Of a DNA stretch of 64,000 nucleotides, positions 55,435 through 64,000 are shown one piece after another. The position numbers and the translations under genes were made by a program. A model generated the notes under the pieces. That model saw only the letters and a list, made by a program, of their open reading frames with translations. It did no database searches and was not told where the DNA came from. Every line of letters begins with the position of its first letter. Positions within the stretch are counted from its first letter, which is position 1. Source of the stretch: Vicinamibacterales bacterium (GTDB lineage Bacteria; Acidobacteriota; Vicinamibacteria; Vicinamibacterales; 2-12-FULL-66-21); contig DATHTE010000133.1 of the NCBI GenBank assembly GCA_035463475.1, positions 97,297 through 161,296 of the forward strand, read 5' to 3'.

Positions 55435-56825
55435 GCAAGTTCCCCCAAACGCCTGACCTTCAAGAGTAACACGGCCCCTTCCGGGCTCGTGACCCGGAAG
55501 TCCTCTGCAACGGTGTGGCCGACAATCCAGACAATCCGGTCGCGGCCATCCACGACCAGCGGGACGCGATCCCGCTCATTTCGAGGCACTTTGCGGTCAA
55601 CAAAGTAATCCTGCAGTTTTTTCCGGCCCGCCAGCCCGGCGGGCCGGAAACGGTCACCGCGCCTCCGGTTCCGCACGGCCATATTGCCGGACACGGCCGC
55701 GGCGGACACGGTAACCTGATCCGGTGTTTCGGCTCGATCAGCCGGGCCGATTACGATTTCAGCCGTGATGGCGACGCCACTCTCCCGGACGCGGGCCTCT
55801 CCAGGAATAGACAACGGATACGTGAAAATGTTCGATTCCGGGGCATTCTGCGCCCCCCGGCCCCTTCCCGGCCCCAGCGCGAGCGTCTTCCCGTCCACCT
55901 CCGCGTGAATGCCCGGCAGGTCCAGCGCCCCGGACTCGAGCGCCAGGACCGCGTCCACGTGCTTCAGGCCGATGAAGCGTCCGGCCGCGACACCCGCCAT
56001 GGCCCGCAGGAGAACGCGCCGGGCGATGGCCGGATGCAGCGCCTTCAAGCGCGCCACGTCCAGCCGGAGCGAGCCATCCTCACTAGGTAAGACGACTGCC
56101 GGAGTCGCTTCGATTGCCTGCGCCTCGAGAAAATTCGCGTCAGCGTCGGCAATGTCGGCGGCGCGCGCGATGGCCTCCCCGGCTCCGGGCACGATGCGCT
56201 CCAGCGCGGGCAACAGCTCGTGGCGAATCCGGTTGCGCGGGATCGATAGGTCGGCGTTCGTCGCATCGGTCCGAAACGCAATCGCACGGCCTTCGAGCCA
56301 GGCGTGCAGCTCTGCCCGCCCGACGTCGAGCAGCGGGCGGACGATGGCGTGGCGCCTTCGCCGGATGCCGCTCAGGCCCCGAGGGCCCGCCCCGCGAAGC
56401 AGACGCAGCAAGAACGTCTCCGCCTGGTCGTCCCGCGTGTGCCCCACGGCGATAACGTCGGCGTTCAGTCCGGCCCGGGCGCGCTCCAGGAACTCGTAAC
56501 GCAGCCTGCGTCCCGCGTTCTCGACCGAGGTCTTCCACTCGCGCGCGGCGGCCGCCACGTCCGCACGTTCAGACACGAACTCGACGGCAAGCGAGCCGCC
56601 CAGCTCGCGGCAGAACGCTTCGTCGGCGTCCGCGTCCGCGCCGCGCAGGCCGTGGTGGAGATGGGCGAGACCCACGAGCTTCAGGCCCGCGGCCCCCTGG
56701 AGCTCCCGAAGAAGGTGCGCCATTGCGACCGAGTCCGGGCCGCCCGAGACGGCGGCGATCACACGAGATCCCTTCGGAATCAGGCTGCGGACGGTGCGGA
56801 GGACGCGCTCCGGTACAGGGTGCAT
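55431..56825 (-). CDS. tilS: tRNA(Ile)-lysidine synthase
   Basis: 464 aa; SGGPDS PP-loop, overlaps the ftsH start; tilS-ftsH-folP order is conserved. Confidence 0.9.
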
Positions 56826-56878
56826 GTCCGCCTCAGGCGGACACCAGGTAGGGCCAGCCTGCAGGCGGACCAGAAAAG

Positions 56879-56955
56879 TGGTGCCGGTGCAGGGACTTGA
56901 ACCCCGGACACTGCGGATATGAGCCGCATGCTCTAACCATCTGAGCTACACCGGC
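56879..56955 (-). tRNA. tRNA with CAU anticodon (elongator Met or lysidine-dependent Ile2; not an initiator)
   Basis: Hand-folded cloverleaf: acceptor GCCGGTG/CACCGGC, D arm GCTC..GAGC, anticodon arm TGCGG-CTCATAT-CCGCA, T arm CGGGG-TTCAAGT-CCCTG, discriminator A, encoded CCA; G1-C72 pair argues against an initiator. Confidence 0.85.
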
Positions 56956-56981
56956 AGGAACCCCTAAGTATAACAAACAAA

Positions 56982-57015
56982 TCAGGGTTCAGGGTTCGGG
57001 CTCGGGTGCGAGGAT
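56982..57015. repeat. short heptamer array TCAGGGT TCAGGGT TCGGGC TCGGGTG CGAGGAT
   Basis: Read directly between the OMP stop (57017) and the tRNA promoter region; same unit as the array at 50642-50682. Confidence 0.7.
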
Positions 57016-57016
57016 T

Positions 57017-59335
57017 CTAGAAACGGTGGAGGTACGACGCCTTGAAGAACAGGCCGCGCCGGCTCGTGTCGTACTCGCCGCGGCCGGGAATCCACTCGCC
57101 GCCGACGTAGTCGCGCCGTTCGATCAGCGACCCGTAACCGGCGTAGACGACCGTGCCCGGGCGGAGCTCGTACGACGAAAGGAAATCGGTCAGCACCCGA
57201 TAGCGCGAGCTGTCGTACTGAACGATGCCGCGGACGAAGAACTGGCGCGAGAACTGGTACGTCGTCCGGCTGTAGATGATGTCGAGGTCGTAGACCCGTT
57301 CGCCTGTCTCCGCCCGATCGAACGCCACCCGCCGGTACTCGAGTCGTTGCGAGAGGCGGCCGCCGGGCTGCAGCGTGGAGCCGACGCTGACATCCTGGAT
57401 CCGCCCCTCGAACGGCGCGATTGGATCGTAAAACACCGCCTCGCCGAACCTGTGCTGCCCGTCCAGATACAGCCAGCGAAACAACTGGACCTCGCCCTGC
57501 GTTCGCCAACCTGCACGCCCGAACCGCTGGTTGGCCCACGTTTCGAACCCGTCGAAGCGATCGAAGCGCAGGAACCCGGACCTCGTGAAACGGAGCCTGA
57601 CGGCGGACACCTGGATCAGTTCGTTGCCGCCCGCGTTGCGATCCCGCCCGCCCTGCGTGAACGAGAACGGCGATATGCGGCGCAACCAGGGATACCGGTT
57701 CTTGTCCGGATAGAAGTTGTACTCGACGAACCCCCAGCCGCTCGTGATGCCGACGCGGTTGATGAACGCGGTGTCCATCTGGAAGTCGCGGCCGTAGTGC
57801 TCTCCATAGCCGACCACGACCAGGCGGCGCGTGCTGTATTCGTAACCCGCCTGCGCGCCCAGTCCTGACCTGGACTCGGCGGCGTGCGCCGGCCGCGACG
57901 TCGAACCCAGCACGAAACCGCTGACACGCTGGCTCGAACCCACGCGCCACGAGAGATCCGCTCCGGCGACGCGGTTGAATCCACCCGCGAACTCGGAGTC
58001 GAACGCAAGGGCGCCGACGTAGTTGCTCGGGCCGAGGCTGTACTGGCCGCGAAGCACGTTGAACAGGCGGTCCTTCCCGGTGTCGGGATCGCCCGCCGGG
58101 AGATTCCGCCCCGGGCCCTGGTCGAGCGCGGTGAGCGTTCCGAAGGTGAAGCGACCAGCGCTCCCGGTCAGCTTCGCGCCGAACACCGGATCGACAATCC
58201 GCCGCGTGTGCACGGCGTACTGCAGGCTGTTGTCGCTCCCCTGGCCCGCGAGTTTGAAGAAGCCGGCCCCCTCCATGAAGAACGGCCGCTTCTCCGAAAA
58301 GAAGATCGGGAACCGCTGGTTCACTTCGACCTGGAACGCGTCGCTCTCGACCTGGCTGAAGTCGGGGTTCAGCGTCGCGTCGAGCGTGACCGTGGACGTG
58401 AGCCCGTACTTGGCGCTCACGCCGAAGTCTCCGTCGCGGTCCGCCGATCCCCAGCGATCCGGCGTCTCGCGCGACTGGTTCGTGGCATAGGTCGTGGACG
58501 GGATGATCTCGCGCGGAAGGCGCGGCTGCAGCTCGTCGAAGGCGAGCGCGGCGTGACGCTCGAAGACCCATTTGCCGGGCTCGAGCGGCGGCCACGACAC
58601 GGAGACGCCGGTGCGGCTCACACGGCGCCAGAACAGAATGCCCATGCGCACGTCCGCGCCGCCACGGAACCGGATGCTCTGCAGCGGCAGACGGATCTCG
58701 ACCGCGTATCCGAGCTCGTTGCGCCTGGCCGCGCTGTCCCACACGTAGTCGGGGGATGCGTCTTCATCGCCCGCCACGCTGTTGAGCATGTCGAGCTGCA
58801 CGCCGCTGGGGTTCACCATCAGGTGATAAGAGAGCTGCCCGGTGCCGAGCGCGTCGAGACTGAGGCCGACCCAGTCGTCCGCCCAGATGTTGTCGCGGCG
58901 GGTGATAGATGTCTTGATGGCGTCTGGTTGCGGGTCGAGGCACTGGAACGCGAAGTACAGGTATTCCTGGTCGTGCGCGATCCAGACCTTCGTTCGCTGC
59001 GGGATGCTGTCGCCGTGCAGCGGGTTGTAGGACCGCCACTCGTCGGTGTCGAGCTGGGGTCCTCGCCACGCGGCCTCATCCAGCACTCCGTCGATGTTGG
59101 GAGGCTGGGTCAGGCGCTGCGACCGCAGTTCGGGCCGCGTGTCCTGCGGCGCGAGTATCCCTGCGGATACGCGGCAGGGCGATATCCAACCCACGACCGA
59201 CAGCAGCAGGAGCGCCGCCAATGCTGGAGCTGGCAATCGGCCCACGAAGTCATTAGACGGAAATGGGCGGACCTTCGTTTGGTGGCTGGATCTGAGCGAC
59301 ACCGACGACTGAGCGCTCACTGACGCGCTCTTCAC
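57017..59335 (-). CDS. outer-membrane protein with CBM9-like N-terminal domain and DUF5916-like beta-barrel
   Basis: 772 aa; signal peptide, DGVLDEAAW...YLYFAFQC..DD.VGLSLD CBM9-like segment, long beta-strand-rich region ending ...FKASYLHRF (aromatic C-terminus). Confidence 0.65.
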   Translation of the reverse strand: MKSASVSAQSSVSLRSSHQTKVRPFPSNDFVGRLPAPALAALLLLSVVGWISPCRVSAGILAPQDTRPELRSQRLTQPPNIDGVLDEAAWRGPQLDTDEWRSYNPLHGDSIPQRTKVWIAHDQEYLYFAFQCLDPQPDAIKTSITRRDNIWADDWVGLSLDALGTGQLSYHLMVNPSGVQLDMLNSVAGDEDASPDYVWDSAARRNELGYAVEIRLPLQSIRFRGGADVRMGILFWRRVSRTGVSVSWPPLEPGKWVFERHAALAFDELQPRLPREIIPSTTYATNQSRETPDRWGSADRDGDFGVSAKYGLTSTVTLDATLNPDFSQVESDAFQVEVNQRFPIFFSEKRPFFMEGAGFFKLAGQGSDNSLQYAVHTRRIVDPVFGAKLTGSAGRFTFGTLTALDQGPGRNLPAGDPDTGKDRLFNVLRGQYSLGPSNYVGALAFDSEFAGGFNRVAGADLSWRVGSSQRVSGFVLGSTSRPAHAAESRSGLGAQAGYEYSTRRLVVVGYGEHYGRDFQMDTAFINRVGITSGWGFVEYNFYPDKNRYPWLRRISPFSFTQGGRDRNAGGNELIQVSAVRLRFTRSGFLRFDRFDGFETWANQRFGRAGWRTQGEVQLFRWLYLDGQHRFGEAVFYDPIAPFEGRIQDVSVGSTLQPGGRLSQRLEYRRVAFDRAETGERVYDLDIIYSRTTYQFSRQFFVRGIVQYDSSRYRVLTDFLSSYELRPGTVVYAGYGSLIERRDYVGGEWIPGRGEYDTSRRGLFFKASYLHRF

Positions 59336-59375
59336 ACGCCCAGGCGGAGGCCGGCCGGCAGCTGCGTTGGACCCC

Positions 59376-59409
59376 GGCGGTCTCGGCTGTCTCGGCGGTC
59401 TCAGCGGTG
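59376..59409. repeat. tandem nonamer array GGCGGTCTC GGCTGTCTC GGCGGTCTC AGCGGTG
   Basis: Read directly in the spacer between 59451 (upstream stop) and 59335 (OMP start). Confidence 0.8.
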
Positions 59410-59450
59410 AAAGCCTCGATACCGACCCAGCCGAAACGCTCCACTAAAGA

Positions 59451-60434
59451 TTAGCCCCTGTCTCGCGCGGCGTCCACGAGCGCCGCCGCGAGCAGCGGAA
59501 TCAGGATCTCGTGCGGTCCCACGAGCGAGAAGCCGCGGCCGGATCCGGCCACCGGGCGCGCGACCACGTTGGTTTCCGGGCGGTAGTGCCGCAGGAAGTC
59601 GATGTTCACCGTCGTCAGGCCAGCGAGCGCGACGCCCCGGTTCCGCGCGAGCGCGACCGCCTTGAGAAACACCTCCGGCAGGATCACGGCGGAGCCGCAG
59701 TTCAAGTACACGCCGTGTTCGAGGCGCGCGACGTTGGACACGAAGTAACGGAAGTCCCGCAGGCTCCCTTCGCCGAGCGCCGCGCCGGAGGCGGCGGGAT
59801 GCATGTGGATGATGTCCGTCCCGATCGCGACGTGCACGGTGATCGGGATGTTCAGGCGGCCGGCCGCCGCGAGGATGCTCCGGCTCGCGTGCGCAGGCGC
59901 CGACTGGTGCAGGTGCATCGCGACTGCCTGCCCCAGGCCGAAACCGGCGGCGACGCCGTCGTTGATGATCTGGTTCAGCTGCGTACCGGTCTCCTCCGCC
60001 ATCCCGAAACGTCCCGGTCCAAGGGACTCGTCCACGTCCTCAGAAGTGGCGCCGCCGAGGGCCACCTCGAAGTCGTGAATGACCCCCGCGCCGTTGGTGG
60101 CGAGGGCTGAAACGAATCCGCGTTCCATGAGATCGATCAGGATCGGCGCCAGGCCGGTCTTCACGACGTGCGCGCCGAACCCCCAGAGCACACCCGCGTC
60201 TTTTGCGCGCGCATCGAGGATCGCCGCGACCACTGCCTTGAAGTCCCCGGCGGCCTGGATCGTGGGCATGGAGTCCAGCAGCGCGCGGACAGCGCGGGGA
60301 TCGGCGAGCGGCCTCGCGAAGTCCGCCGCGTTCGCCTTGCTGCGCCGCGAGGCGAGCGGGTACGTACGGATGCCGGTCATGTCGAACGCTTCGTAGGAAA
60401 AGATCACTGAGGTGCTCCGGTTGTTCCTCACCAA
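59451..60434 (-). CDS. conserved hypothetical protein (possibly deoxyhypusine-synthase-like fold)
   Basis: 327 aa; GFGAHVVKTGLAPILIDLMERGFVSALATNGAGVIHDFEVALGGATSEDV; family assignment is from memory only; alternative start ATG 60380 (MTGIRTYPL). Confidence 0.4.
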   Translation of the reverse strand: MVRNNRSTSVIFSYEAFDMTGIRTYPLASRRSKANAADFARPLADPRAVRALLDSMPTIQAAGDFKAVVAAILDARAKDAGVLWGFGAHVVKTGLAPILIDLMERGFVSALATNGAGVIHDFEVALGGATSEDVDESLGPGRFGMAEETGTQLNQIINDGVAAGFGLGQAVAMHLHQSAPAHASRSILAAAGRLNIPITVHVAIGTDIIHMHPAASGAALGEGSLRDFRYFVSNVARLEHGVYLNCGSAVILPEVFLKAVALARNRGVALAGLTTVNIDFLRHYRPETNVVARPVAGSGRGFSLVGPHEILIPLLAAALVDAARDRG

Positions 60435-61492
60435 ATCAACATGGCGTCGCCGTAACTATAGAACCGGTAGCCCTCCTCCACAGCTTCCCTGTATGCCGCG
60501 AGCACCGCATCCCTCCCAGCGAAGGCGGAAACGAGCATGAGCAGCGTCGAGCGCGGCAGGTGGAAGTTCGTCATCAGCGCGCCGACGACCTGGAAGTGGA
60601 AGCCGGGATAGATGAAGAGATCCGCCGTCGCGTCGCCGGCGCGGACCGTCCCGCTCGCCTTCAGCGCGGCGTCCTCGAGCGCTCTCGTGGTGGTGGTCCC
60701 CACGGCGACAATCCGCCGCCGGTGCCCAAGAGCCGCGCCGATCGACCGCGCCGCAGCCTCGGAAATCGAATAATGCTCGGGGTCGACGGTGTGCTCCTCG
60801 ACCGTCTCGACGCGGACCGGCTTGAACGTGCCGTAGCCGACGTGCAGCGTGATCGACACCCGCTCGATGCCGCGTGCGTCGAGCGACCGCAGCAGCTCGT
60901 CGCTGAAGTGCAATCCCGCGGTCGGCGCCGCGACCGAGCCGCGCTCGCGCGCGTAGATGGTCTGGTAGCGTTCCCGGTCAGCCGGTGTATCGGCGCGCGT
61001 GATGTAGGGTGGCAGCGGCACGTGCCCGAGCTGCTCGATGAGGCGATCGACGCCTTCCGGGCCCTCGCTCCACAGACGGATGACGCGCCGGCCGTAGAAG
61101 CGCCGCTCCAGCACTTCGCCATGCAGGGCGGCGTTCCCCCGCTCGAACAGGACGCGCGCGCCCGGCCGGAGCTTCTGCCCCGGGTGCATCAGCGCCTCGT
61201 ACAAGACGCCCTCCGCGGGAGCGGGCGTCGCGGTCCCCTTCCCGATCAGCATGCACTCGACGGCCGCCCCCGTCGGCACGCGCCGGCCGAGCAGTCGCGC
61301 CGGGAACACCCGCGTGTCGTTCACGACGAGCAGATCGTCCGGTGCGAGCAGCGATGGCAGATCCGCCACGCCGTGGTGCGCGGTCGCGCCGCTCCGGCGA
61401 TCGAGCACCATCAGGCGCGAGGCGCCCCTGGGCGCCGGATCCTGCGCAATCAGGCGCGGCGGCAGCTCGTAGTTGAAATCCGAGACCTGCAT
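60428..61492 (-). CDS. queA: S-adenosylmethionine:tRNA ribosyltransferase-isomerase
   Basis: 354 aa; MQVSDFNYELPPRLIAQ N-terminus, GHVPLPPYI, TNFHLPRSTLLMLV motifs. Confidence 0.92.
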   Translation of the reverse strand: MQVSDFNYELPPRLIAQDPAPRGASRLMVLDRRSGATAHHGVADLPSLLAPDDLLVVNDTRVFPARLLGRRVPTGAAVECMLIGKGTATPAPAEGVLYEALMHPGQKLRPGARVLFERGNAALHGEVLERRFYGRRVIRLWSEGPEGVDRLIEQLGHVPLPPYITRADTPADRERYQTIYARERGSVAAPTAGLHFSDELLRSLDARGIERVSITLHVGYGTFKPVRVETVEEHTVDPEHYSISEAAARSIGAALGHRRRIVAVGTTTTRALEDAALKASGTVRAGDATADLFIYPGFHFQVVGALMTNFHLPRSTLLMLVSAFAGRDAVLAAYREAVEEGYRFYSYGDAMLIW

Positions 61493-61521
61493 TCTCGTGG
61501 GCTACAATCCTCAAGCGTACC

Positions 61522-62592
61522 ATGCAGGCTGCACACGTCATCGCCGCCGTCCTCGTCATCTACTTCCTGCAGTGGGCGCAGGAACTGCTGATCCCGATCG
61601 TGCTCGCGGCGCTGATCAGCTTCATCCTGGCGCCGTTCGTCCGGCTGATGCGGCGCCTCTGGATCCCGCGCGTCGTGGCCGCGGCCCTCGCCATCGTGAT
61701 GTTGGCAGCGGTGATCGGCGTCGGCGTCTGGGCGGTCTCCGACGATGCGATCCAGGTGGTGGAGGGCCTGCCGGCCGCAGCTCGTCAGCTCCGCGGAAGG
61801 CTGCGCACCGCCGGCCCCGCGGAGCAGGGACCGCTCGAAAAGGTCCAGCGCGCGGCCACCGAACTGGAGAGGACCGCGGCGGCCGCGGCTCCGCCGGAGC
61901 GCGCCCTGGGCGGCGTCCAGCGCGTCGAGGTCGTCGAACCCGCTTTTCGCGCGCGCGACTATCTCTGGTGGGGCGGCATGGGCCTCGTCGGTTTCGCCGG
62001 CCAGCTCGTGATGATCCTGTTTCTCAGCTATTTCCTGCTCGCGAGCGGCGACCTGTACAAGCGCAAGTTCGTCAGGCTGGCCGGTCCGAGGCTCGCGCAC
62101 CGGCGCATCACGACGCAGATCATCGACGACGTCTCCGAGCAGGTCGGACGTTTCCTGCTCACGCTGCTGGGGACGAGCCTGATCGTGGCGGCCGCGACCG
62201 GCTTCGCGCTGTGGTGGTACGGCCTCGAGAGCTGGTTGTTCTGGGGCATTGCCTCCGGTGTGCTCAACACGATCCCCTACTTCGGCCCGATCATCGTCAG
62301 TGCCGCGCTCGCGGTTGTCAGCCTGCTCCAGTTCGGAACCTTGACGGCGGTGGCGTCGGTCTTCGGGATCGCGTTCACGATTACGGCGATCGAGGGGTGG
62401 CTGCTCACGCCCACGCTGATGGGGCGCGCGGCCAGCATGAACCCGGTGGCAGTATTCATCGGCCTGCTGTTCTGGGGCTGGGTCTGGGGACTATGGGGAG
62501 TCGTGCTCGCCGTCCCGTTGATGATGCTGGTGAACGCGTTCTGCCAGCGCGTCGAGGACCTGCAGTGGGTTTGCGAGCTCCTGGGCGAGTGA
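61522..62592 (+). CDS. AI-2E family transporter (UPF0118/PerM-like)
   Basis: 356 aa, 7-8 TM helices, IPYFGPII and GWVWGLWGVVLAVPL motifs. Confidence 0.8.
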   Translation: MQAAHVIAAVLVIYFLQWAQELLIPIVLAALISFILAPFVRLMRRLWIPRVVAAALAIVMLAAVIGVGVWAVSDDAIQVVEGLPAAARQLRGRLRTAGPAEQGPLEKVQRAATELERTAAAAAPPERALGGVQRVEVVEPAFRARDYLWWGGMGLVGFAGQLVMILFLSYFLLASGDLYKRKFVRLAGPRLAHRRITTQIIDDVSEQVGRFLLTLLGTSLIVAAATGFALWWYGLESWLFWGIASGVLNTIPYFGPIIVSAALAVVSLLQFGTLTAVASVFGIAFTITAIEGWLLTPTLMGRAASMNPVAVFIGLLFWGWVWGLWGVVLAVPLMMLVNAFCQRVEDLQWVCELLGE

Positions 62593-62601
62593 CGCGCGCG
62601 G

Positions 62602-63060
62602 TCAGACCAGCTGCCGGCCGATCCAGATGACGACAAGCACCGGCAGCGCGGCGAGCGCCAGCGCGACGACGATGGCGGCGCCCACGAACAGCCAGTCCGC
62701 CCTCGTCGCGCCTCGACGCTCGAAACTGTGCTGCTCGAGCAGACGCACGTTCGCCTGGTTCGCTTTCCAGACGATGTCCACGGCGTCGCCGAGGAACGGG
62801 ACCAGGCCGAGCGTCGCGTCGATCCCCGCGTTGAACAGCATCCGCGCGATGACGACCTTAGGCACGCGTAGCTTCCACGCGTGCGCGATCACGAGGATGC
62901 TGAAGATCGGCCCGACGAAATCGCCCAGGCCCGGCACCAGCCCGATGATCGGATCGAGGCCGAAGCGGACGTTCGTGCCCGGCACGCGGAACTGGCTGTC
63001 GAGCAGCCTCGCCCAGCGGCGGATGGTCTCGAGGTCGCCGGGCGATGTGGCCTGTCTCAC
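62602..63060 (-). CDS. DUF4112-domain membrane protein
   Basis: LLDSQFRVPGTNVRFGLDPIIGLVPGLGDFVG family signature; start set at GTG 63060, because the track ATG 63174 would overlap the neighbouring fragment ORF. Confidence 0.65.
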   Translation of the reverse strand: MRQATSPGDLETIRRWARLLDSQFRVPGTNVRFGLDPIIGLVPGLGDFVGPIFSILVIAHAWKLRVPKVVIARMLFNAGIDATLGLVPFLGDAVDIVWKANQANVRLLEQHSFERRGATRADWLFVGAAIVVALALAALPVLVVIWIGRQLV

Positions 63061-63070
63061 GCGCGCCCCG

Positions 63071-63211
63071 TTACGACGGGGATCCCGCCTTCTCGTCGTG
63101 GGCTGACTGGAACGCCCGATTGGTGACGTCCTCACCGGCCTGCGCGGCCATCCCGAAGCCTTCCTGGCTGTCACGACTGGTCTGGATCAGGTTGGTCAGC
63201 GTGGCAACCAT
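63071..63211 (-). pseudogene. truncated DUF2383 (PA2169-like four-helix-bundle) remnant
   Basis: MVATLTNLIQTSRDSQEGFGMAAQAGEDVTNRAFQ matches only the first helix pair of the roughly 150-aa family as I remember it; ORF stops after 46 codons. Confidence 0.35.
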
Positions 63212-63322
63212 CCTCACTCCCATGCGGCTGAGTGGAGCAAGGAGCACGCCAGCCGGGCGCCGCGGCCGGGCCACGCCGTTTGCGCGGGGCTTGCGGGCAT
63301 GTTACAGGTGGAGGTTGCCGAC

Positions 63323-64000
63323 ATGAGGGTCTGGCCCGGAACGCCCTACCCGCTCGGCGCCACCTGGGACGGCGTCGGCGTCAACTTCGCTCTCTTTTCG
63401 GAGCACGCCACGCGCGTTGAGCTGTGCCTGTTCGAGTCGGCGGCCGACCCGAGCGAATGTCTGACCATCTCGCTTCCCGAGCACACCGACCGCGTGTGGC
63501 ACGGCTACCTTCCGGACGTCCGGCCCGGGCAACTCTACGGGTACCGGTTGCACGGGCCTTTCCAGCCGGGCGCGGGTCATCGATTCAACCCCAACAAACT
63601 GCTGTTCGATCCGTACACGAAGGTCGTCGGCCGACCGGCGCGTTGGCACGAGTCGCTGTACGGCTACACGTTGGGAGACGCCGACAAAGACCTGTCGTTC
63701 GACTGGCGCGACAGTGCTCCGTACGCCCCCCTCGCCATGGTCGCCGACGGCGCGTTCACGTGGGGAGACGATCGCCCGCCCCGCACACCCTGGCACGAGA
63801 CCATCATCTACGAGCTGCATGTGAAAGGGATGACGCGGCTTCATCCGAGGATTCCCGAAACGCTGCGCGGCACGTTCCTCGGGCTCGCGTCGGAACCGGC
63901 GCTGCGTCATCTGCTGGATCTCGGCGTCACGGCCGTGGAGCTGATGCCGACGCACTACCACTTGGACGAGCCGCACCTCGTGCGCCGCGGGCTGACGAAC
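63323..64000 (+). CDS. glgX: glycogen debranching enzyme GlgX (partial, continues past window end)
   Basis: Hand translation from ATG 63323: MRVWPGTPYPLGATWDGVGVNFALFSEHATRVELCLF...GYRLHGPFQPGAGHRFNPNKLLFDPY; not in the track because no stop is reached; the 224-aa minus-strand track ORF is its shadow. Confidence 0.88.
   Translation, partial: MRVWPGTPYPLGATWDGVGVNFALFSEHATRVELCLFESAADPSECLTISLPEHTDRVWHGYLPDVRPGQLYGYRLHGPFQPGAGHRFNPNKLLFDPYTKVVGRPARWHESLYGYTLGDADKDLSFDWRDSAPYAPLAMVADGAFTWGDDRPPRTPWHETIIYELHVKGMTRLHPRIPETLRGTFLGLASEPALRHLLDLGVTAVELMPTHYHLDEPHLVRRGLTN

Noticed and set aside
63302-63976. 224-aa minus-strand track ORF
   Set aside because: It is antisense to an unmistakable GlgX N-terminus that starts at ATG 63323 on the plus strand and is missing from the track because it runs off the window.

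Overview
Visibly GC-rich bacterial chromosomal segment (GC not computed). Gene content (Pal, TolC-like OMP, GldG-type ABC system, cdaA, many Arg/Pro-rich shadow ORFs) suggests a diderm of the Acidobacteriota/Gemmatimonadota kind, but taxonomy cannot be fixed from the sequence alone. Most of the window is tightly packed housekeeping. It holds uppS-cdsA-dxr-rseP, all de novo pyrimidine genes in three clusters (pyrE; pyrR-pyrB-pyrC; pyrK-pyrD-pyrF), cdaA-ybbR-glmM-pdxJ, tRNA(CAU)-tilS-ftsH-folP, tRNA-modification genes (truA, queC, queA, alaX), an ArsR plus P1B-ATPase metal module and a GldA/F/G-like ABC system. No transposase, integrase, phage gene or CRISPR array was seen. Five things deserve a second look. 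(1) An ArsC/Spx-family gene carries an in-frame TGA exactly at the first Cys of its CxxC motif, with a SECIS-like hairpin downstream, so it is a candidate UxxC selenoprotein. (2) A compact, translationally coupled microcompartment locus encodes a class II aldolase with a C-terminal encapsulation helix, one BMC-H, three BMC-P and a small Cys/His-rich protein with an N-terminal encapsulation-like helix. It lacks the usual aldehyde dehydrogenase, PduL and BMC-T. (3) A LysW-like zinc-ribbon protein with a roughly 35-residue poly-acidic tail is coupled to a LarE-like PP-loop enzyme and two large membrane proteins. (4) At least nine intergenic arrays of 7- or 9-nt tandem repeats occur; two are long dyad-symmetric arrays and one family is present at two loci. 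(5) Long perfect palindromes include one that supplies both stop codons of a convergent gene pair and one that lies in-frame inside a membrane-protein gene. Coordinates of non-ORF features were counted by hand and may be off by 1.
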